NCBI RefSeq assembly: GCF_009914755.1
Contig: NC_060930.1
Strand: one strand, 5' to 3'
From: the human T2T-CHM13v2.0 reference genome, Homo sapiens
Length of the DNA: 64,000 bases
The translations under genes and the position numbers were made by a program. Positions 55,873 to 64,000 of this stretch are shown here, one piece after another. The notes under the pieces are model-generated. The model saw nothing but the letters and a program-made list of their open reading frames with translations. It did no database searches and was not told the origin of the DNA. Each line of letters opens with the position of its first letter. Position 1 is the stretch's first letter.

Positions 55873-56949
55873 CTGAAGATGAACAGAATTTTATTTTGTA
55901 TGACTTACAAATGTTTGTTTCAAATTAATCAAAACTTAAATTATACTCACACTTATACTGAAAAGTTTTGTTTTTAATTTCAGGCCAGAGGAGAAAGTTT
56001 CAAAAAAGTAATATGGATTCTCATTAAATTTAATTTCTTGCCAACAGGCTAACATGCTCAATATACAGTATTTACCTAAAACAATCATGGGCAAAGTTAA
56101 TTTCCCTATCATTTAAAAATGTGCACACTGTGGAACACCCAGCATCCTGGCAGGCCAGTGGTGCCCTTCTGCAAACACACATTTCCCAATCCCGTACACA
56201 ACTTCACCCCAGCCTACTGAGAACTACTGAGACACAGACCAATCATAGCGATTTCCCTCACTAGGTAAGTAAAGAAATGAGATGCAATTCTGGTTAATGC
56301 AACATGAGGGGAAGTCAAATCCGCTGAATCTTTCCAGAAGGCTTTTTTTTTGTTTGTTTTTTAAGAGGAACACAACCATGAGGTTGAGGATGGCACAGCA
56401 GAAAACAGAATAAACCTCAGTTTTTAATGTTCTTTCCATTAAATTAACTAATCCTGAAGTGGCCTTACTTCTGGACATTTTGTGTGAAATAATGAAGATT
56501 TCTCTTATTTTTTTAAAAAAGTATATACTTTTAATTTCATTAAAAAATTCCTTTATTACAGATATCAATAACTTTTAAACTTTAAGATTTTAAATTACTT
56601 TGCAAAAGCAGCAGAATAATCTGTTTTGAGAGAGAAAAAAATTAATCTGAAAGGTAGATCCATTTCCTAAGTAAATACAAAAGGTAAAGACTGGTCCAGA
56701 TATGGGAACTACTGCAAATAGGTTGAATTACCTCTGCAAGTATTTATAAACCACACCTGATTACTTTCTGAACATAGCATACCTTTTACTTTACCTTAAC
56801 AATCATTTTTAAGTTCATTCCTGGAAAATTTCTATCTAAATTGGAATAAATTTATCTTAACTCCTATGCATGACCAACAGTCCAACTCACAATAAGCATT
56901 TAAGGAAAACATTTCAGACAAACTCACATATAAATAATACTTTTCTTAC

Positions 56950-57122
56950 CTGGAAGCCACACTTGAGGCACAACCAAATATCAGAAGTAAGTACTAGCTG
57001 CCCATCATAGAATCTTCTTTCTTTTAAACATTCTGAGCAAACTGACCACAGATTCTCAGCTATTGCTCTCTTTACATGATTCACGCTGATAGCATGACTT
57101 ACATGTTGGCAAGTTAAACCTA
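56950..57122 (-). CDS. USP45: USP45 exon 3 (173 nt), ZnF-UBP start: (V)GLTCQHVSHAISVNHVKRAIAENLWSVCSECLKERRFYDGQLVLTSDIWLCLKCGFQ
   Basis: ttattcag|TAGGT acceptor, CAG|gtaaga donor; frame continues from exon 2; CxH, CxxC and WLCLKCG ZnF-UBP motifs. Confidence 0.97.
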
Positions 57123-58151
57123 CTGAATAAGATAAAACAAAATCTCAACATTTTCTTTGCTACACCAAAGTGCTACCATTACTGAGCAAACCTCAAAAGT
57201 ATTAAATGCTGTTAACTAAAAAGCACAGAGATTGAACACACAAAATAACTCAAAAGATATATGCTATATAATTCCATTTATATAATGTTCATGAAATAAC
57301 ATAATTATAGAATGAGAAGAGATTCATGGTTGTAGGGAGCAATGGACGCAAGGCAGAGGGTGTTGCTATAAATGGACAGCACATAGAGTGGTGATGACAC
57401 AGTCAAGTATCTTGATTGGTGGTGGTTATACAAAGCTATACATGTACTAAAATGGGATGATGTTTCGATAGCCAGTTTGCTGCACTGAAGGATGTCTGAA
57501 TTATCTCTTTAAATATCATTAGGACCTTATCTGATGTCCCTAATTTATTAGAGTTTAAATTTTTGAACTAATTTTAGATTCACAGGAAGGTATAAAGAAA
57601 TATACAAGGAGGTCTCATTCACCCTTCACTGAGCCTCCCCTGATGTTAATGTTTTGCACTGCTATAGTAAAATATCAAAACCAGGAAGCTGACGTTGGTA
57701 CAATCCTTAGAACTTATTCGGATTTCAGAAGACATAGGCACTCATATGTGAGTGTGTTTGTGTATAGCTGTATGCAACTATGCATACCTAAAATGGAAAA
57801 AATATATTAAAAATATCCCTTTAAATGGAGAGAACTAGCAAGAAAGTGAGGAAAATCCTCAGAGGCCCAAATCAAAAGCATGAGGCTAAAGAGAAAACCA
57901 AGCCCTGAGGCCAGCAGCTCCCAAAAGCCATCTGCCAAGCTCTGGTGGCTTGGTGACATGGTTTTAATAGGCCATGAGAAAGAGACCAAAAAAAAAAAAA
58001 AAGCCAATCTAAGTTACTTCATGTTATAAACTAAACAAAATCCTAATAAAAATGCCAACAGGATTTTTTGGAACTAGAAAAGGTGATTCTAATATTTATG
58101 CAGAAAACAGTAAAAATAAAGAGTAACAGATTTCTTAATTAAAAACATATA

Positions 58152-58409
58152 CAGTCTTCCCTCAGATACTTGAGGCAGGGAGGTGGGGTGGGGTAGTTGG
58201 TTCTAGGACCTCCCCACATATACCCAAATCTGTGCATACTCAAGTCCCGCAGTGGGCCCCGTGGAATCTGCATTTAGAAGTCAGCCTGCCAAGTATGCAG
58301 TTTTCACGCATCCCAAGAATAGTGTATTTTCCATCTAGGTTTGGTGGAAAAAAATTTGTGTACAAGTTGATCCTCAGCGTTCAAACCCATGTTGTTGAAG
58401 GGTCAACTG
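58152..58409. mobile_element. MER8 (TcMar-Tigger) MITE, 52 nt from the exon 2 donor
   Basis: ta|cagtcttccctc...gttcaaacccatgttgttgaagggtcaactg termini. Confidence 0.8.
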
Positions 58410-58460
58410 CATTGTTATTTCTTCTCAACACTATTTGGGATGCCATATATCACAATTTAC

Positions 58461-58560
58461 CAGCAATATCATCTGAAGAGTCTTCATCATGAGGTACAGT
58501 AGGCCTTTTACTTCTTTTGGCTTTCTCAGGTAAAGCTTTAGTTGGATCTTTCACCCGCAT
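58461..58560 (-). CDS. USP45: USP45 first coding exon (exon 2, which runs 58461-58570 including 10 nt of 5'UTR); MRVKDPTKALPEKAKRSKRPTVPHDEDSSDDIA
   Basis: ATG at 58560-58558 with an in-frame TAA 6 nt upstream; acceptor ccctcaatcccttcag|TAAATAACAGATG; donor GCTG|gtaaat. Translation matches the USP45 N-terminus as I recall it. Confidence 0.96.
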
Positions 58561-58784
58561 CTGTTATTTACTGAAGGGATTGAGGGAAAAAAATTCATAC
58601 ATTTTAGTCTTCAAAATTAAAATTTTATATTTTATTTAATGTGTATTAAAACTGAAATGACTTCAATTTCAACTGGTCCGGGAAATCAACAGAGGAAGAA
58701 GAGGGGAACATCATTTGAAATGAAATAAATCTTTGTTAAATCAGTATACACATGGTATATTCCATTGGCTTTTGCCAACTATAC

Positions 58785-59138
58785 CATTATGGACTAAATG
58801 TTTGTGTCCCCACTCCAAATTGATATGTTGAACTCTAATCCCCAAAGTGATGATACTTGGAGGTGAAGCCTTTGAGAGGTAATTAGGTCATGTAGGTGGA
58901 GCCCTCATGAATGAGACTGGCCTCTTATAATAAGAGGCTAGAAAGCTACCTTTGTATCCACATGAGGATATACGAGAAGATGGCCATCTATAAACCAGGA
59001 AGAAGGCCCTCACCAGATACTAGATTTGCCAGCATCTTGACCCTGTACTTCCCAGCTCCCAGTATTGTGAGAAATAAGTCTGTGTTGTTTAAACCACCCA
59101 GTCTATAATAATTTGCTATACCAGGCTGAACCAAGACA
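58785..59138 (+). mobile_element. MLT1A-like MaLR LTR
   Basis: tatggactaaatgtttgtgtcccc...tgttgtttaaaccacccagtctat...ctgaaccaagaca. Confidence 0.85.
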
Positions 59139-59514
59139 CAACCCCTAAATATATGATGTCCAGGTGAATGACCAAAACTAAAGTTTTCATCAACGGAGTA
59201 AGTATTGCTTCTGGATAATGAGTTCTCTTTACCCTTTCCTCCCTTCTGCTAGCAAGGAAATAGTAGGAGCTGGATGAGCCATACTGGATCAAAAATGGAT
59301 AGCTGTAAGCCAAGCATAGTAAAGCCACTCTATACCTGTGTTGTACAACTAGCACTGGAATATTAAGAGAAAATTAAATTTCTATCTTTTTAAGCTACTA
59401 CATTTTTGGGGGTTTTTCACTCTAGCTTTTTATCATGAAAAATTTTAAACATCTACAAAAGTTAAAAGAACAGTATAATGAACACTCATATACTAATTAG
59501 ATTCCACATTTATA

Positions 59515-60090
59515 TTATTATTACTATTATTATTATTATTATTATTTTGAGATGGATCTCGGCTCACTGCAACCTCCACGTCCTGGGTTCAAGCAATTCT
59601 CCTGCCTCAGCCTCCCAAGTAGCTGGGATTACAGGCGTGTGCCACCAGGCTTGGCTAATTTTTTTTGCATTTTTAGTAGAGATAGGGTTTCACTGTGTTA
59701 GTCAGAATGGTCTCGATCTCCTGACCTCGTGATCCGCCCACCTCAGTCTCCCAAAGTGCTGGGATTACAGGCGTGAGCCACCGTGCCCGGCTATTATTAT
59801 TTTTTGAGACAAAGTCTCACTCTGATGGCCCAGGCTGGAGTGCAGTGGCCTGATTTCAGCTCACTGCAGCCTCGACCTCCCCAGGCTCAGGTGATACTCC
59901 CACCTCAGCCTCCCAAGTAGCTAGGACTACAGGTGCACACCACAATGCCCAGATAATTTTTTTGTATTTCTTAGTAGAGATGGGATTTCCCCATGTTGCC
60001 CAGGCTGGTCTCGAACTCCTGGGCTCAAGCAATCCACATGCCTTGGCTTCCCAAACTGCTGGGATTACAGGTATGAGCCATGGTGCCCCA
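59515..60090 (-). mobile_element. Two tandem reverse Alus (59515-59791, 59792-60090) within old L1M
   Basis: Alu consensus; (ATT)n tail. Confidence 0.9.
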
Positions 60091-60178
60091 CCAATTCCAC
60101 ACCTATTAACAATTAGCTATGTTTGTTTTTATCTAAATATCAATATGTGTGTATAGAGAGACACATATATGTATGTGA

Positions 60179-60181
<3 letters not shown>

Positions 60182-60220
<39 letters not shown>
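60182..60220 (+). repeat. (TA)n microsatellite, ~19 units
   Basis: Perfect dinucleotide run. Confidence 0.95.
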
Positions 60221-60227
<7 letters not shown>

Positions 60228-62395
60228 GTTGAACTATTTGAAAGTTGTAGAGATCTTGACAGTTCATCCCTAAATACTTCAGCATGTATCTCTTAAAAAT
60301 AAGCACATTCTCCTATATAACAATGTAATCATATCTAAGAAAATTAATAATTTTCTAATATCATCTCATATTCCATCATATTCTAATTTCCTTAGTTGAC
60401 CCTAAATTGTCTTCTATAGCTGGTTTTTTGAAAAAGATTCAATCAAGGTTTGCACTTGATATTGGTTATGTCTCTTTAGTATCTTTTAATCTATTAACAG
60501 AACAGTTCTTCCAACCTGTTACTTGCCTAAGACTTTAGCTTTTTAAAGAGATCAGGCCAGTGCATAAGTCACCTTGAGGGTCTTGTTAAAATGAAAGTTC
60601 TGATGCAACAAGTCTGGCACAAGACCTGAGATTCTACCTACCTAAAAAGCTTCTAACTGAAGCCACTGCTGGGGGCCCATACAATACTCTTTCGACAGCA
60701 AAGTTATATAATGTCTCACACTGAATTTGTCTCTTTCTTCATAGTGTTATTTACCTCTATCCCTTATATTTATTAAAAATTCAGTTAATTATCAAAGATT
60801 TTAGATACAAGCTAAGCATTTTTTAAAACTACTATATTTTGGAGTCTCTGTTAGAGTAGCTTGGCCTACCTTTTACTCTCCTGCCTGGTGGCTAAGCAAC
60901 ATCGTAATTTTCATGGTTGCTGACTTACTTCTCAATGATCAAGGTAATGAATCTTTCAATTCAGTACTAAATTCCAAATCTTGATTTATTCATTCCATAA
61001 TTCACAATAAGGGAGCTTTCAAGTTTACCATTAAGTCCAACGGTCATCACTACTGAACTAAGTTGCAATAAATTAAGGGCTTCCGGGTTAGGAACATGTA
61101 AAAAGCCTCTGAGTTCCTTGAGCACTTCATCTCTACCTTCTCCCTCCAAACCTCCTCATCTACTCTCCCCTACAGTTCCACCTTATAAAATCACTAATTT
61201 AAGTATCCCCTTCTCTGATAGCAACTTCCCAGTTCTTCCAACTTGCCTGATCAGCCACTCATATTTTCCTATAGTGTCCAGGCTGACAAGAGGCTGCATC
61301 TCAACAAGTCCTTCCATGACCCTTACAGCAGGGCAGGGAGAAGTGGAAATGGCAAATGGAGAGCTGCTTCCTAAAGCAAGTCACATGGCACATTTAACTT
61401 CAAGCAGACATGGAGAGGGGTTGCCCATGTACAAAGAGTGCAGCATTACATGTACCCAAAAATAGGTGAACCGGAATACTTGTGCAGAGCCTTAAGGACT
61501 ACATCACCTCTCTCGCAGAACCCAATCCTAGATGAACCCAATTAACCATTTTCTCCATGTCGGGAGAAAGTCTCTTAAGAAAGCAGACTAGGTCCATTAT
61601 TATTCACTTCACCTTCTGGTCAACTTACATACTATCCACAGAGCCATTTCAAATCTTCTTCACTTTCCTTAAACCTCTAACCCCTCCAACTCCCAACTAA
61701 CTTACCAAAAACTGATCTAGTCTTTTATAAGGGAAAAGAGACATAAGCAGACGGCAAATTTGATCTTTCTAACCCCAAATTTGCAAACCTACCTCCATCA
61801 ATTTAAATTTGATGTCCTGAAAAGAGATAGGTATAACTAATAAAGTACAGGGAAAATGGCCTATGAGAAACTGATTATATTTTCTCGCTGTGGTACAGAT
61901 AAGCTCTTGATAAAGATGAGCATTAACACAGATAATGCTAGCAAAATAATAAACAAAACCAGGCATTTGACCTACATACTGTAAGCAACCTGTGCCTTTT
62001 TTCAAAAACACTGACTCAAAATTAACTTGGTAATGTAGAGGCAATTTCTGATGATTTTTCTGCCATATGTAATGTCTAAACAGACAGAATCATTTGGTAC
62101 AGTAACCCAGAATTCGGCAATTATTTATCTGTAGTTTTCCAATTTCCATTTGAGGCAAAAGGGCAAAATTAAAAGTCCAATTATTAGAGCTTCCAATACT
62201 TTTTATCATCAAAATTGTGTCTGGGCACTGGAGACTGGGAAGGATGGGAGTGGGGTGAGGAATGAGAAATTGCTTAATGGACACAATGTACATTATTCAG
62301 GTGATGGTTACACTAAAAGCCCAGTACCACTAGGAAATATATCCTCGTAAAAAAACGGCACTTATATCCCTTACCTTTATACAAATTTACAAAAC

Positions 62396-62836
62396 TGTGG
62401 CTGAGGATCTCCGTGATCTCCCCCACATTTAGAGCTTTGATAGGATGCACGGGACTCAACATATAGTTGAATTCATGGCTGACATTTATTACACAATGCA
62501 GTATGGATATAAAGGCTCATCATAATAGAAAAAGACACAAGCGGAGTCTGGAGGAATCACGTGTAGGCTCCTTATGCGGTCTCCCTCCCAAGAGGGGTCA
62601 AACAAAACACATCCTTCCTCCATCAGTGAAAATGCAGCAGTTTCCGCGCAGGGAAGCCCATTAAAGACTTGGTGTCCCGGATTTTTACAGAAGCTGGTAA
62701 TTTCGGCATAAAACATACTGTTCAGCACAAACCCAAAAATCTAAGTTCCCAGATGCCAAACAAGCACCAACATTGCAAGCAGTCCTTTCTAAGGATAGCA
62801 GTCTTAAGGCCTGCTATGTTAACTCTTTTTAGCACA
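62396..62836 (-). mobile_element. MER68/MER77-like ERVL LTR in intron 1
   Basis: Minus strand begins TGTGCTAAAAGAGTTAACATAGCAGGCCTTAAGACTGCTATCCTTAGAAAGG. Confidence 0.7.
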
Positions 62837-63104
62837 AATATGTTCTGGCCATTTTTCTCATGCGGTTTTCCAAACAATAAACTTTACAGTTTTCAAGTCA
62901 CCATCACTTAACACTTGTCTTTTCTCTAAAGTAGGATGTGCAACTAAGTTGTTTAGAAAGCTTTGTTTTTAAACAGGCTATGCAAAAAGCCCATATCCTT
63001 AAGAAAAAAAATCCTTTTTTCCTACTCTTGGGCAATTATTTATGGGGGTTGGAAAGAGAAGAAAAGGTCACTATCTCCTTTTATATACCAAGCTCAAAAA
63101 GATG

Positions 63105-63330
63105 AGCAGCACTTATGGTTTTGCTGTGTATCACGCTCAGTTCTAAGCACTTCACAAATATTAACCCACGCAACCCTCACAACCACCTTAGGAGATAAGT
63201 TGCTATTATTTTCCGCATTTTACACTTGAAACTGAGAAAGAGAAGTGAAGTGACTTGCAGAGGTCCCAAAGCCAGTAAGCGGTGGATGGAGATGCGGACC
63301 CAAGCAGTCCGGCCCCGGAGCTCCTAATAC
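63105..63330 (-). mobile_element. MIR at the CpG-island shore
   Basis: ttctaagcacttcacaaatattaac..cctcacaacc..cattttacac..gaaactgag..gtgaagtgacttgc. Confidence 0.75.
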
Positions 63331-63975
63331 ACGACGCTTCCAGAAAAGTCATTAGACAGGCTTCCTCCGGTCACCAACACACACACACCCCGAGGATGTG
63401 AAGAGAAATGCGCCGCGATGAGGCGGACGGAAAGGTGTGGGGCCGCCGCGCGCCCAGGTCACCAGGGGACTCGGGCCCCTCCCAGGCCAGCCCCGACGCC
63501 CAGGGCTTCTCCCGCAGCCGCATGGACCCGGAGCCGGCAGAGCGGCGCTCACACGGCCCTCGGTGACCGCCCGGCGCCCCCAGGGATCAGGAAGCCGAGT
63601 GGGGTGGGGAGCCTCTCTTCCAGCCTCGCCCACCCACAAGGGGGTCAAGGTCGCCGAAGCGAAGACCGAGAAACTGCGGCGACCATACCGCCGCTGCGAC
63701 CAAAGCGCCGCGTTCTCAACTCACCCCGCCGGGCCGGGCCGCAGCGTCTACAACCTGGGGAGACTGCGCCTGCGCGCTCGTCCCGCTCCCGGCAGAGGTG
63801 GGGCCTCGTTCGCCCGCCCCCAGCCAGGACCGGGAGGGTTCCAGGCGGCGCGCCCGGGGCCCGGGAGCGCGGGGAGGGGTGAAAGGGCGGGGCCGGCTTG
63901 CGTGGCGCCTGCGTTCTGCGTGTCCGCAGAGCCCGGAGAGTCCCTGATAATCTAAGACTCATAGCCACCGACTAG
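63290..63975. promoter_or_regulatory. CpG-island promoter with NRF1-like site (TGCGCCTGCGCG, 63765-63776) and Sp/KLF GC boxes (63811-63820, 63885-63893)
   Basis: Abrupt switch to very high GC and dense CpG upstream of the first coding exon; motifs read directly. Confidence 0.9.
63725..63800 (-). other. USP45: Candidate non-coding first exon of USP45 (5' end uncertain)
   Basis: Consensus donor GGG|gtgagt at 63725/63724 inside the CpG island. The TSS cannot be fixed from sequence, and other first-exon donors may exist. Confidence 0.6.
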
Positions 63976-64000
63976 CAATTTGTTAGGATCCTGGGCCAGC

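Noticed and set aside
61118-61465. 115-aa Ser/Pro-rich ORF
   Set aside because: Low-complexity pyrimidine-rich sequence, probably old repeat; non-ATG start.
63352-63968. Four overlapping Pro/Arg/Gly-rich ORFs of 98-172 aa
   Set aside because: Expected from stop-codon scarcity in a CpG island; no recognisable domain.

Overview
Primate, almost certainly human, genomic DNA carrying the 5' portion of USP45 (ubiquitin-specific peptidase 45) on the minus strand. A CpG-island promoter and non-coding first exon lie at ~63.3-64.0 kb. Twelve GT-AG coding exons (here numbered 2-13, spanning 58560 down to 12932) splice into an uninterrupted 1308-nt frame (codons 1-436). That frame holds an N-terminal basic/acidic patch, the ZnF-UBP domain, the Cys box with catalytic C199, the QQDSQE box and the start of the insertion region. 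The remaining exons lie left of base 1. Introns are dominated by ~40 Alus (including a very young AluYb8), nested L1s, solo LTRs (MER11, MST, MLT1, MER68-like, MER21/77-like, ERV1-like) and DNA-transposon relics. Almost all ORF-track entries are repeat-derived noise. I see no new stand-alone gene system. The best leads concern RNA processing: (i) inverted-Alu-bracketed exon blocks (10-13 and 12-13) whose circles would be stop-free, frame-closed ORFs; (ii) a 90-nt frame-preserving, stop-free candidate cassette exon in intron 5; (iii) a candidate poison exon inside one copy of an old local duplication in intron 13; (iv) a NAGNAG acceptor at exon 3. Repeat subfamily names are recognised from memory of consensus sequences, and their boundaries are approximate unless a TSD is given.
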